Origin: an uncultured Gemmatimonadaceae bacterium
GTDB taxonomy: Bacteria > Gemmatimonadota > Gemmatimonadetes > Gemmatimonadales > Gemmatimonadaceae
DNA length: 64,000 nucleotides
NCBI GenBank assembly: GCA_963829055.1
Contig: CAWHHI010000016.1
Coordinates: 1,024,001 to 1,088,000, forward strand
Direction: 5' to 3'
Shown: positions 1 through 11,600 of the stretch, piece by piece
How the letters are laid out: every line of letters begins with the position of its first letter
Numbering within the stretch: the first letter of the stretch is position 1
Position numbers and translations under genes: made by a program
The notes under the pieces: model-generated
Told to the model about the DNA's origin: nothing
Database searches by the model: none
What the model saw: the letters and a program-made list of their open reading frames with translations, nothing else

Positions 1-99
1 AGTGGCGTCTGTGCTCGCCATCAGCGCCAGCTGTCGACGGCGGTGAAGCGTGCGCGCTACCTCGCCATCATCCCGTACATCCGCGGCCACCAAGCCTGA
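1..99 (+). CDS. rpsR: 30S ribosomal protein S18, 3' end (partial)
   Basis: Frame 1 reads [32 protein letters not shown], the typical S18 C-terminus; fits rpsR-DUF2232-rplI synteny. Confidence 0.93.
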   Translation, partial: SGVCARHQRQLSTAVKRARYLAIIPYIRGHQA

Positions 100-133
100 C
101 GGTAAGCGCCTAACGGGTTCGCGGAACGACGGC

Positions 134-1177
134 ATGACGCAGAGCGCCGAGGCGCCTCAGGCGTCGGTGGCTCCGGCCCCGGCACCACGGGAACAGGGAT
201 GGCGACGCATCATCCTTGCCCTCCTGGCGTTCGTGTTGTTGCCGCTCGTTCCGCTGCTCAGGGCGGCGGTGCCGATCGAGCAGTCGCTGTTGCTCATCGT
301 GCCGGCGCTCGCGACGTGCGCGCTCGTGGGCTGGTGGGCCGGGGGACGGCTATTCCTCGCGCTCACCTGGACCGCGCTCGCCGTCTGGATGCTCGTCACT
401 CCCCTTCCCGGCGCTCCGACATTCGTCGCGCTCTCGAAGGGTTGGGCGTTGCTGCTGGTCGCTTCGTTCGGCGTGGCCTCGATCATGAGTCCGCGCCAGT
501 CTTTTTTCCCGCGCGCGCTGTCGGCGATCGGACTGTCGTTCGGTGTTGGACTCGCGCTCGTTCTGTTCGCGTCGAGACGGCCGGATACGGTCGAACGTGC
601 AGTCCGCACAGAGTACACCCGGCGTGTCGACTCGTGGCTCACGGACTGGGAGTCGGTCTCACAGACGCGCGAGTGGCAGCAACTCGCGCGTGACAAGCCC
701 GGGATGGAAACGCTGGCTCGCGAGAGCTCGGAACGTCTGAAGCAGATTCCGCCGATCACGTCGCCGCTGTTTCCGTCGCTGCTGGCCCTCGAGTCACTCG
801 CGGTGTTGGCCCTCGCATGGGGCCTGTACCACCGAGTGAGTCGAGCGCGGATCGGGCCACCGCTCGCGCCGCTCAAGGAATTTCGCTTCAACGACCAACT
901 CGTCTGGGGGTTGGTCGCCGGAATCACCGCAGTCGCTGTACCAACAATGACTGCATTTCGCGTAGTCGGACTCAACCTGCTCGTGTTCTTCGGGGCGCTC
1001 TACGCGCTGCGTGGACTCGGAGTGCTCACCTGGTTCTTTGCGCCGGGGCGCCTCATGGTGGCGTTGACGATCGGACTCGCCATTTTCATGTGGCCGCTCA
1101 TCGGCGTGTTTGCGCTGGGGATCGGCCTCGGAGATACCTGGCTCGACTGGCGCAGTCGTCCGCGCCCGACCACATAA
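134..1177 (+). CDS. DUF2232/YybS-like integral membrane protein
   Basis: Multiple TM segments, C-terminal 'LGIGLGDTWLDWRSR' motif, lies between rpsR and rplI; ATG at 134 chosen. Confidence 0.8.
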   Translation: MTQSAEAPQASVAPAPAPREQGWRRIILALLAFVLLPLVPLLRAAVPIEQSLLLIVPALATCALVGWWAGGRLFLALTWTALAVWMLVTPLPGAPTFVALSKGWALLLVASFGVASIMSPRQSFFPRALSAIGLSFGVGLALVLFASRRPDTVERAVRTEYTRRVDSWLTDWESVSQTREWQQLARDKPGMETLARESSERLKQIPPITSPLFPSLLALESLAVLALAWGLYHRVSRARIGPPLAPLKEFRFNDQLVWGLVAGITAVAVPTMTAFRVVGLNLLVFFGALYALRGLGVLTWFFAPGRLMVALTIGLAIFMWPLIGVFALGIGLGDTWLDWRSRPRPTT

Positions 1178-1191
1178 CGACTGGAGTCAAC

Positions 1192-1638
1192 ATGGATGTC
1201 ATCTTGCGCCAGGCGGTCGAGAAGCTCGGCCAGCCGGGAGACGTGGTGAAGGTTTCGGCCGGGTTCGCCCGGAATTATCTGCTCCCTCGCGGCATCGCCT
1301 ACGCGGCGACCGCCGGGAATCTGAAGCGCATCGCCCAGGAGAAAGAGCGCCTCGAAGCCGCCGAGAACGAGCGGCGCGGCGGCGCACAGGGTATCGCGGC
1401 GCGCCTCGAGCAGGTCTCGCTCACCTTCTCGGCGCGCGTCGGTGAAGAAGGCAAGCTGTTCGGTTCCGTTACGTCCGCGGATATCACCGAGCAGCTGCAC
1501 GCTCAGGGCTTCGACATGATCGAGAAGCGCCAGATCGATCTCCACGAGCCCATCAAGGCACTCGGCGTCTATCGCGTGCCAGTCAGACTGCACGCCGATG
1601 TGAAGCCAGAGATCAAGGTCTGGGTCATCAAGCAGTAG
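1192..1638 (+). CDS. rplI: 50S ribosomal protein L9
   Basis: MDVILRQAVEKLGQPGDVVKVSAGFARNYLLP...GKLFGSVT; GGAG SD upstream. Confidence 0.97.
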   Translation: MDVILRQAVEKLGQPGDVVKVSAGFARNYLLPRGIAYAATAGNLKRIAQEKERLEAAENERRGGAQGIAARLEQVSLTFSARVGEEGKLFGSVTSADITEQLHAQGFDMIEKRQIDLHEPIKALGVYRVPVRLHADVKPEIKVWVIKQ

Positions 1639-1693
1639 GACGAAGCAGCAAGCAGCAGGAAGGCAGTAGGCACGAGCAACACTGCTGGAATTC

Positions 1694-1734
1694 ACGAGCC
1701 GGCCCGGGCGCACTGTACGCCCGGGCCGGCTCGT
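1694..1734 (+). terminator. 17-bp-stem hairpin after rplI, probable terminator
   Basis: ACGAGCCGGCCCGGGCG / CGCCCGGGCCGGCTCGT inverted repeat; weak U-tract. Confidence 0.65.
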
Positions 1735-1897
1735 CATTGCCGCCCATTTCTGCGCCGCAGTTTCCCGTTTCGGCGGCGACGCACGCGCATTATGCTTGGG
1801 CGACCGGTGGACCTGCGCCCCGGACCGCGTTCGTGTGGACGCGAGCCGTTGGCCCACGCTCCTCCACACCATTCGCAATCGGACCCGACTGCCCCGA

Positions 1898-2278
1898 ATG
1901 ACAGCACCCACCGCGCCCGCTCCGGCGTCTCTTGCCCAGCGCGCGGCCGCGCTGTGCCTCGATCTCAAGGCCAATGACGTCGTCGTGCTGGACGTACGCG
2001 GCGTCACCGACATGACCGATTACTTCGTGATCGCGAGCGGCACCTCGGACACGCACGTGCGAAGCGTTGCGGAACACGTGCTCGAGGAGTTACGCAAGGA
2101 AGGCTCGCGCGCGCATCACGTCGAGGGAGTCCAGCAGGGACGCTGGGTGCTCCTCGATTATGTGGACATGGTCGTCCACATTTTTCACCCGACGCTCCGC
2201 GAGTTCTACCAGCTCGAACGGTTGTGGGGCGACGCGACCGTTGTTGCGGTCGATCAGCAGCAAGGAGCACTCAAATGA
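1898..2278 (+). CDS. rsfS: Ribosome silencing factor RsfS
   Basis: DLKANDVVVLDV...DYFVIASG...WVLLDYVDMVVHIF...REFYQLERLW. Confidence 0.95.
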   Translation: MTAPTAPAPASLAQRAAALCLDLKANDVVVLDVRGVTDMTDYFVIASGTSDTHVRSVAEHVLEELRKEGSRAHHVEGVQQGRWVLLDYVDMVVHIFHPTLREFYQLERLWGDATVVAVDQQQGALK

Positions 2279-5200
2279 GACTCGTGAGGGCGGGCGCATG
2301 CGCGGCCGCGCTCGCCGCCAGTGTTCTCGGCGCGGCGAGGCTCGAGGCGCAGACGTACTTCGGACAGAATCAGGTTCAGTACGACCGGTTCAAGTGGACG
2401 GTGCTCGAGACCGAGCATTTTCTCGTCCACTACTATCCGCAAGAGCGCGTCGCCGCGATGGACGCGTCTCGCATGGCCGAGCGTGCGTATGCCCGCCTCT
2501 CACGTCTCCTGAATCACCAGTTCCGCGAGAAGAAGCCGCTCATCCTCTACTCGTCGCGCGGCGACTTCGGTCAGAACAACGTGACCGGGGACCTCGGCGA
2601 AGGGACCGGCGGCGTCACCGAAGCGCTTCGCCATCGCATGCTCCTGCCGTTCACCGGCGACTACAGGAGCTTCGAGCACGTGCTGGCACACGAGATGGTG
2701 CACGCGTTCCAGTACGACATCTTCGCGCGCGGCCGCGCTGGCGCAGGGCTGCAGACCCTCGCCCAAGTCGATCCGCCGCTGTGGTTCATGGAAGGCATGG
2801 CGGAGTATCTCGCCGGCGGCCCAAACCACATTCTCACGCAGGCGTGGGTTCGCGACGCCGCGCTCAACGGCCACCTGCCGAGCCTCGAGCAGATGACCCT
2901 GCGCCCGGATCAGTTTTTCCCGTATCGCTACGGCGAGGCGTTCTGGGAATACGTCGGCAACCGGTGGGGCGACGAGATCATTGGCGAGGTGCTCAATTCC
3001 GCGCCTAACGTGGGCATCGAGCGCGCCTTCAAGCGCGAGACGGGCCTCTCGCTCGAGGACCTGAGCGACGAGTGGCGCGAGGCGATGCAGACGAAGCACC
3101 TGCCGCAGGTGGCGTCGCTCGACCGGGCGCGGAAGTTCTCGCAGCCGCTACTCAACGAACGGAAGAGTGGGGGCAGCCTCTTCCTCGCTCCATCGCTCTC
3201 CAGCGACGGCAAGCACATCGCGTTCGTGTCGCTCGGCAGCTTCCTTCGCGGACAGGTCTTCCCCGATCTCTGGCTTGGCGATGGCGAGACGGGCAAGCGC
3301 CTCAAGCGACTCGTGAAGTCGACGACCGATCCGAACTTCGAAGAGCTGCGACTGCTCTACTCACAGAGCGCGTTCTCTCCGGATGGAAAGACGCTCGCGT
3401 TCACCGCGCAGCGCGAGGGACGGGACGTCCTCTACCTGCTCGACGTTCAGCACCGCAAGACAACGTTCCGATTCGAATGTCGGTCTCGAGGGCGTGACTG
3501 GCCCATCATGGTCGCCGGACGGACGTCAGCTCGTCTTCAGCGGCAGTAACGGGGGAATCACCGACCTCTACGTCGTCGACAACAACGGCCGCAATCTCCG
3601 GCGCCTCACGAATGATCGGCACGGCGACGTGCAGCCGCAGTGGTCCCCGGACGGCAAGACGATCGCCTTCGCGTCGGACCGCGGCCCACAGACGCGACTT
3701 CGATGACCTGAAGTTCAGTCGCTGGCAGATCTCGCTCTACGACATGGAGTCCGGCCGCATCAGGGTGATCCCGGCGCAGAGCGGCCAGAATCTGAATCCC
3801 ATGTGGGCGCCGGACGGCAAGTCCATCGCGTTCGTCTCCGACCGCACGGGGATTCCGAACATCTTCATCTACGATCTGGAAAAGAAGAATCATTACCAGG
3901 TCACGAACGTCGTCGGCGCCGTGCTCGCCGTAACGGAGTACAGCCCGGTCATCACGTGGGCGCGCCAGGCGGACCGTCTCGCATTCGGCTACTACGAGAA
4001 CGGCGAGTACACCGTGTGGTCGGTGAATAATCCGCGGCGGCTCATGAAGGAGCCGTATCGCGACTCGACCGCGAAGGCGTCGGTCGTCGCACAGGGGCTG
4101 CCACGACTCGATTCAGCGAGCGTGCGTGCAACTGACGAGCGCCTGCCTGCCGTGACAAACTCGTCGGCGACGCCATCGTCGCTGCCACCCATTCCGCCGG
4201 TCGTCGCGCAGCGTGATACGTCGCGGCGCGACACATCCGTATTCGCTCCACGGTCGACGGCGAATCGTGATTCGGTTGCGCGCGACCTCTCGATCTATCG
4301 TGGCGCGGCGGGGATCCGCGCGTCGGCCGATCTGCCAAGTGGCCCGGAGCGGGCAGAGACGGTGGTGAGTGTCGCGCAGTTGCTCGACAGCGCGGCGCTC
4401 GCGCTCCCGGACACCACGACGTTCAAGCGATACGGATACAAGATCGGCTTCCAGCCGGAGTACATCTCGCGTCCGACGATCGGCTACACGCAGGACAACT
4501 TTGGCCGTGGTGTGTTCGGCGGCACCACGATCATCCTGAGCGATCTGCTCGGCGACCACCGTCTGGCGTTCGCCGCCCAGGTCAATGGCCGAATTACCGA
4601 AGCGTACCTGCTCAGCGCGTTCACGAGCATGGGTCAGCGCATGCAGTACACGGTCGGCGCGCTGCAACAGCCACAGTTCTACCTAACGGGGCAGAGGGAC
4701 GGGTTCGACGCCCGTGGGAATTATTACATCTCGCAGTCCATCACGCGCTTCATCACGCGTCAGGCGTTCTGGATCGGCGCGTATCCGTTGAACCGCTTCA
4801 CCCGCGTAGAGTTCGGCGGCAGCTTCAACGTCGTCGACCGTTCGTCGCAGGTGTACACGCAGTACTATCGCGCAGGCGACGGCGCCCCGATCGAGTTCGA
4901 CCCCGGGACCATCATCCAACAAAGGGGCCTCGTCTACGGCGCGCCATACCTGGCGTATGTCTCCGACAACACGCTCTTCGGTTACACGGGGCCGATAGCG
5001 GGCAGGCGGTACCGATTCCAGGTCGAGCCAGCACTCGGGTCGTATCGGTGGATCGAGTACCAGGGCGACTACCGGCGCTATTACCCGATCCTCTTCAACT
5101 TCCTCACGCTCGCCGCTCGGGCGCAGACGAGTATTTCCGTTGGCCGCGACGAAGAAGTCCTCGAGAAGTACATCGGTCGCCCCGAGTTCGTGCGCGGCTA

Positions 5201-5615
5201 TGATCGCGAGGAATACGGGCGTTCGTGCATACCCGGTACGGCTGCGTCCCCGGAGCAACGGCGGGGATGCAGTGCTATCGAGTTTCTCGGGAGTCGTGTG
5301 GCGTTCGCGAACGCAGAGTTGCGGTTCCCACTCGTCAGGCGGTTCGACCTCGGCCTGCTGCCGATCTCGCTGCCGCCGGTCGATGGACTCGTGTTCTACG
5401 ACGTCGGCCTCGCGTGGTCGAGCGGACAGAAGGTCGTCTCGAGAAGTAATCCAGACGCGGATGTCACGACCACACGCGCACCGCTTCGCAGCTGGGGCGT
5501 AGGCATCCGGCTCAACCTCTTCGGCTTCGCGCTCCTGCGGTGGGACTACTCGATCCCGCTGGACAGGCCGGGCGGAAAGGGATACTGGACCTGGACGTTA
5601 GGGCCCAGCTTCTGA
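2275..5615 (+). CDS. Omp85/BamA-TamA family outer-membrane protein with N-terminal HExxH peptidase-like domain and PD40/TolB-like repeats (apparent frameshifts near 3480 and 3690)
   Basis: Signal peptide, 'YFGQNQVQY', HEMVH...EGMAEY, repeated WSPDG/FSPDG, C-terminal barrel motifs 'VRGYD', 'NAELRFP', terminal Phe; spread over ORFs 2224, 3383, 3612. Confidence 0.85.
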
Positions 5616-5617
5616 GG

Positions 5618-5767
5618 CGGAATCGGGAATCGGGAATCGGGAATCGGGACTCGGGACTGGGGACTGAGTGAGTGAAGCCCAGCGACCGTTGTTGGTCGAC
5701 CAGCGACCAGCACGAGCGACCAGCTACAAGCTTGCCGTTGATTCCCGATTCCCTATTCCCGATTCCC
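5618..5767. repeat. Heptamer tandem repeats (GGGAATC/GGGACTG) with inverted arm (GATTCCC)n
   Basis: About 7 units at 5618-5666 and about 4 complementary units at 5740-5767. Confidence 0.85.
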
Positions 5768-5790
5768 CCCTCCAGCCCTACCTTACCGCG

Positions 5791-7362
5791 GTGCGTGCGA
5801 CCGTAGCTCTCGCGCTCGTGCTCGTTGCGTGCGGCCGCTCCGAGCGGCCCGAAACACCCGCGCAGCACGAGGCGCCGTCCGCCTCAACATCCACCGGCCC
5901 CGACCAGATCATTCTGCGCATTCCGCGCAGTGGCGGGGCCGTTCGTGCATACCGGTACCCCCAGCTCGATTCCGTGATCTGGACGTCGGCCGCTAATGCG
6001 GCCCCGCCAGGCGACGTGCTGGCGTTCGATGCCGATGCAGGTTCACTCGCGTACGTCGACCGGAAGGGAGTCCCAGGACGCATCGATCTCCGATCGGGCA
6101 CCGTCGGCGTGGCCACGCGAGCAAAGCTGACGTCGCTCGCGTCGAGCGATGGGTGGGCTATTTACGGCATCGCCGCAAACGGCAGCGTCACACGACTCAC
6201 GCCGTCCGGCGATTGGACGTTCGCGCCGCCGAGTCGTGCGCGGCTCGTGATCCCGCAACAAGACGGCACGCTGCTCGTGGTGACGGACCACGGGACTGAC
6301 CTTGGCGTGATCCGCGTGCGGCCGCCGGCCACCGATGTGATCGACAGCGCAGCGGTGCCCAACGCGCCACGCATTCCTCACGCACAGGCCGGTGACCGTG
6401 TGTACTTCGGCATCGACTCGTCGCTCATTTCACTTCGCGGTCGATCTCTCCAGGTGACTCCCGCGGTTCATCTCGATGCCGGAGTGCGAGCGGTGACCGC
6501 GACGCCGAGCGGCGACCGCTTGTTCGTCGCGACCGACTCGAGTCGCAACGTCATCGTTGTAGACCGATATCGCGATGCCGTGACGCAATCGATCGAGCTG
6601 CCCGGCACCGTCAGCGCGCTCAGGATGGATCCCCTCGGCCGCTATGTGCTGGCACGCGCCGCAGCGGGCGACTCGGCGTGGGTCGTCGCCGTCGGCACGG
6701 CGCGCGTCATTGGCAGTGTGAAAACCGAGTGGCGCGATGACCTGCCGTTCGTCGCGCCCGACGGTGTGATCGCGCTCGCCGACAAGGATGACGTTCGCTT
6801 GGTCGATGGCGAGACGCTCCGCCAACGTTCGGTCGTCGATGGTGGTGGACGCGATTTCTGGCACGTCATCGTCTGGAACGGCCTTCGACCGCGCGCCGGT
6901 GATCTCGACCAGCCGGTGACATTCGCCGATTCGGATTCGGTCGCGGCACGAGCCGACACCACCGACACCACCGCTTCTCCAGCACCAGTCGTCCCGAAGG
7001 CAGCACCCGATACGGCGAACGGACAGACGGCATCCGCGCCGACAACCGCGCGACCGCCACGCGCGCCGATTCCTCGCCCTGCGCCGCCTCGCATTCCGGT
7101 GGATACGCCTGCCTCACCTGCGCGAAATCCTCGCGCGCAGGGATGGGTCGTATCGTTCGCCGCGTTCGTGTCTGAAGCGCCGGCGCTCAAACGTGCCAGC
7201 GCGATTTCGGTGGAGGGACAACAGGCCCGTGTCGTGGTCGGCCAGACCAATGGCACCGCGGTCTATCGCGTCGTCCTGGGTCCCTACCCGACGAAAGCGG
7301 ATGCGGAACGCATTGGTCGTGCGTCGCGTGAGTCATTCTGGGTGTACGAAGGCAACCCTTGA
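5791..7362 (+). CDS. Lipoprotein with beta-propeller-like region, Pro-rich linker and C-terminal SPOR domain
   Basis: Lipobox LVLVAC; C-terminal 'YRVVLGPYPTKADAE' SPOR motif; GTG start 6 nt after TACCTT. Confidence 0.75.
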   Translation: MRATVALALVLVACGRSERPETPAQHEAPSASTSTGPDQIILRIPRSGGAVRAYRYPQLDSVIWTSAANAAPPGDVLAFDADAGSLAYVDRKGVPGRIDLRSGTVGVATRAKLTSLASSDGWAIYGIAANGSVTRLTPSGDWTFAPPSRARLVIPQQDGTLLVVTDHGTDLGVIRVRPPATDVIDSAAVPNAPRIPHAQAGDRVYFGIDSSLISLRGRSLQVTPAVHLDAGVRAVTATPSGDRLFVATDSSRNVIVVDRYRDAVTQSIELPGTVSALRMDPLGRYVLARAAAGDSAWVVAVGTARVIGSVKTEWRDDLPFVAPDGVIALADKDDVRLVDGETLRQRSVVDGGGRDFWHVIVWNGLRPRAGDLDQPVTFADSDSVAARADTTDTTASPAPVVPKAAPDTANGQTASAPTTARPPRAPIPRPAPPRIPVDTPASPARNPRAQGWVVSFAAFVSEAPALKRASAISVEGQQARVVVGQTNGTAVYRVVLGPYPTKADAERIGRASRESFWVYEGNP

Positions 7363-8659
7363 CGGACCAGGCTGTGGGCGAATTCGAATCGCTGTGGGAG
7401 GCTGCGGGAAGTCGCGTGGCCGGAGGGCTCGACGATGCGAGCGCCGTTGTCGTCCTGGGCCATGACCCGATCGCGACGGCGTCGGTCGCTCTCGGCATCG
7501 CCCGGGCGCAGTCGGCGCGCAGACGCGTGGCCGTCGGTGATCTCATCGGCGACGTGCCACCGCTGCGCGATCTCGTGACGGACGACGACCCGCACGGGCT
7601 CACCGACGCGTTCCTGTACGGCGTGTCGATGAACAAGATCGCGCGCCAGATCGACGCCGCCGGCAACCTGCACGTGCTCCCGAGCGGGAGCGAGACCGTC
7701 GTTCAGGAGGAGATTCTCCGCAACGATCGGTGGCGTCGACTCGCGAGCGGTTTTCACGAGGTCGGGGCGTTACTGCTCGTCGCCGCGCCCGCCGCGGTGC
7801 CCGGCGTCGATGACCTGATCGGCATGCTCGACGGCGTCGTGCTCGTCGGCGGCGTCGAGAGTCCGGCGCCTAACGCGCGCGTCTTCGCCGACGTTGCCTC
7901 CGCGACGCGTCGCACGACACAACGGCCGGTGCAACGCAAGGCCGTCGTCATGCCCGAAGTCGTCGTGCTCGGCGTCGTCGGTGGGCAATGCCGGTCGCCG
8001 TTGCCGCTGTCCTTGCCGCGGTCGCGGTGGTGCTCGGGCGCAACTACCTAACGAGCGCTCCAGCGCCTGTCTCGGCGCTCCGCCGCGATTCCGCAGCGGC
8101 GTCCGACAGTCTCGTTTCTGCGTCTGCCGTAGTCGACTCGTCGCCGCCGCTCGTCGTGTCGAACCCGGCTGACTCCGCGAACGTGTCACCGTTCGCGGTG
8201 CAGATCGCGATGATCGACACCGAGGACGGCGCCGCGCTGCGCGTGCGCTCCGGAGCGGGCGACTTCCCGGTCGGCACTTATGCGCCAGTCACCCGTGGCA
8301 CTGATCGCGGCACCTGGTACAAGGTCGTCACAGGTGCGTACGTCGATCGCAAGAAGGCCGACCAGCTACTCACGTTCCTGCGCGGACGTGGGCTCGTTCC
8401 CCAGGGCTGGGGTAGCGTCATTCGGGCGCCGCTGGCGCTGCAACTCGTGACGGCACCGTCGGCGACGGAAGCAGCGGCGCTGATCGCCGACTATCAGTCG
8501 CGGAAGGTCCCCGTGTACGGTTTGTTGCAGCGTGATGGCTCGGTACGCATCTACGCTGGCGCATTCGAAAACCCCGATGAGGCCGCGCTGTTCAAGTCGG
8601 CGCTCAAGATGAAGAACATTGATGCGACCCTCGCTTACCGGGTCGGGAGAGCCTATTAG
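7359..8659 (+). CDS. Degenerate MinD/CpsD-like domain + TM + SPOR-like domains (apparent frameshift near 7960)
   Basis: 'GLTDAFLYG...NLHVLPSG' in ORF 7359; TM and 'WYKVVTGAY', 'IYAGAF' SPOR-like motifs in ORF 7988. Confidence 0.6.
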
Positions 8660-11600
8660 GTGCGTTTGACGAAGCTGGAGTTACAGGGATTCAAATCGTT
8701 CGCCGATAACACCATGCTCGCGTTCGAGCCTGGCGTGACGGCGATCGTCGGGCCTAACGGGTGCGGCAAGTCGAACGTGTCCGACGCTGTCCGTTGGGTG
8801 CTCGGTGAGCAACGCGCGCGGCTCCTTCGCGGCGCGAAGATGGAAGAGGTCATCTTCCAGGGCTCGTCGGCGCGTCGCGCCGTGAACCTCGCCGAGGTCT
8901 CCCTGCACTTCGACAACTCCGAGGGCCAGCTTCCAATCGCGTTCAAGGAGGTCGTCATTACGCGCCGTCTCTCGCGATCCGGCGAGAGCGACTACCTGCT
9001 GAACCGCGCGCCGTGCCGACTGCGCGACATCCACGACCTCCTGCGCGGCACCGGGCTCGGTGGCGACTCCGGCGTCGTGATCGAGTCGAAAGGAATCGAC
9101 GCATTGCTTTCGGACCGGCCCGACGATCGCCGGGAGCTGTTCGAGGAGGCTGCTGGCGTCGGGCTGTATCGCGATCGCCGTCGGAGCACGGAGCGACGGC
9201 TCGAGGAAACGACGACCGATCTCTCGCGCATCGACGACCTGATCGGAGAAGTACAGAGCCAGGTGCGATCACTCGGCCGTCAGCGGAAACGGGCCGAGCG
9301 CCACGCGGAGCTGATGTCGCGGCGATTCTCCGTCGAGCTGACGCTCGCCGAGCGCGAGATGCGCGCCTGGCACGAGGAGCTCGGCACACTCGAAGGGCGC
9401 GTCGCGGAACTTCGTGAGATCGTGCCGACGGCCGAAGCGGACGTGAGCGAGCACGAAGTCGCGCGAGACGCAGCGCACTCGGCTCGTGCCGCCGCCGAGG
9501 CACAGCGCGCGGAGCTCGCGCGGCTCGCGGCGGTGCAGCGCGAATCGGCGCAGCGACTTCGCGGGGAGATCGCAGTAGCCGAGGAACGGCAACGCAACGC
9601 ACTCATGCGACGCCAGCGCGCCGAAGAGGAGCAGCGTGAAGGTGAGGCGTTAGGCGAGCGGGTACAGGCCGACCGCGAGCGCGCCGTCGCCGAGCGCGCT
9701 AATCTCGAGGACGAAGTGCGCGAAGCAGCACAGGAGCTCGCACGGCGCGCGACCGCGGAAGAGCACGCCCGCCGCGGCGTCGCCGAAGTGCGCACAGCCG
9801 TGGAGGCCGCCGAGCGCCTGGCGCGAGAGAGTCGCGACCAGTTGCGTCGTCTGGAGATCGACCGAGAAGGCGCAGCGCGCGAGCTCGCCGAGGTAGAGCA
9901 GCGCGCGACTGTACTCGAGTCGGAGCGCGCGTCGCTCGCCGACGCCGCCGCATCGGTCGCACGTGAAGTCGAGACCGCGGACGAAGCTGTCGAGCTGGCG
10001 CAGGCCGCCGTCGCTCAGGCCGACGCTGCGCTCGCAGACGCCAGAGCAGCGATGGCCGAGGCCAAGGAGAACGAAGCCGCTGCTCGCCATGAGCTGTTCC
10101 GTGCCGATGAGGCGTTGACGGCACTTCAGGGAAAGGTCCACGGCCTGGAGTCGCTCGAGCGCGAGCGCGTTGGTCTGGCACCCGCAGCTGCGCGTCTCCT
10201 TCGCGAGCGGGCGCAATTCGGCGAAGGCGCTGTCCTCGGTCCGCTTTCGGATTTCGTGAACGCGAGTGCGGCCTCCGCGCTGCTCGTCGAGCGCTATCTC
10301 GGCGCCACGGTGCACGCCGTCGTCGTTCGGGACCAGCACGCGGCCGAGGTCATTCGACGCTGGCACGCGACGAGCAATCCGGGCGCACTGCTGTTGCTGC
10401 CGCTGGATGCCGTGCGCGAAGCAAACGGCGCGGCGTCCACCGGTGAGCTCGTCGCAGATGTGGACGCTGCCGCACCGGCACAGGGTTGGGTGCGCGCGTT
10501 GTTAGGCAACGTGCACGCGCTGGATGACGGCGCCGCGTTCGTCGACGCGCGCGGCGCCGTCTGGCTGCCGGGCGCCACGGGCGGCCCGGGACCGCTTCGT
10601 CGGCGTGCGGAGCTGTTCGCATTGCGCTCGGAGCTCACGGCCAGCGAGGCCGCGCGACAGACGGCATCAGCCGCCGCCGATGCAGCGCGGAGCGCACTGA
10701 CCACGGCGAACGATCGCGTTGCCGCCGCCTCGGAAGAAGCATCGGTCGTACAACAGCAGTGGCGTCGAGCTGGCGAGCAACGCGCTGAACTGGCGCGTCG
10801 CCTCCAGCGCGCCGAGCGTGAGGTCGCGGACGCAGCGGCGCTCGCTGGGCGTTTGCAAACACGGGCGAACGAGCTCACCGAGCGCATCGCGACGCTGGAT
10901 GCGTCGGCGAGCCAGCTCGGCGAGACGATCGCTCAGCGTGACGCCGCCATCGCGGAAAGCCGCACTCGCCTTTCCGAAGCAGAGCGCGCTCAGGAAGAGG
11001 CGCGTGAGCAACGCACGGCGGGGCAGATCGCCGAGGCGCAGGCACAAGCGCGCCTACAGGTGGCGTCGGACCGCGAGCGACGCCTCGTCGAGGAGTTCAC
11101 GTCGGCATCGGCCCGACTCCAGTCGCTCGAACATGAGCTCAGTACACTCGCCAACGCCGATCGCTCGCTTGCCGAGCAGATGGCGACGTGGCAGCTCGAT
11201 CTCGACGATCGTGACGCCACCCTGCGCGAGACGGACGACCGCCTGGCGGCCGCGGAACAAGCAGTCGTGGCCGCCGATACTGCACTCACCGAAGCGGATC
11301 ACGCGCTCGATGAGACGCGTCGTGTCGCGCACCAGACCGCCGATGAGCTGCATCACGCGGAGCTTCGGTTCACCGAGCTCTCAGGACGCCGGACGGCGAT
11401 CCGCGAGCGGCTCGAAACCGAGTGGCGCAAGCCGCTGGACGAGCTGCTCCAGTCGTTCACGCCGGTGGAGGTCGACGACGACACCCTGCGCAGTGAGGTC
11501 GAGCAGCTTCGCGCGCAGCTCGAGTCGTTAGGTGTGGTGAATCCGCTCGCGATCGAGGAACACGAGGAAGAAACGAAGCGCCTCGACTTCCTGACTTCGC

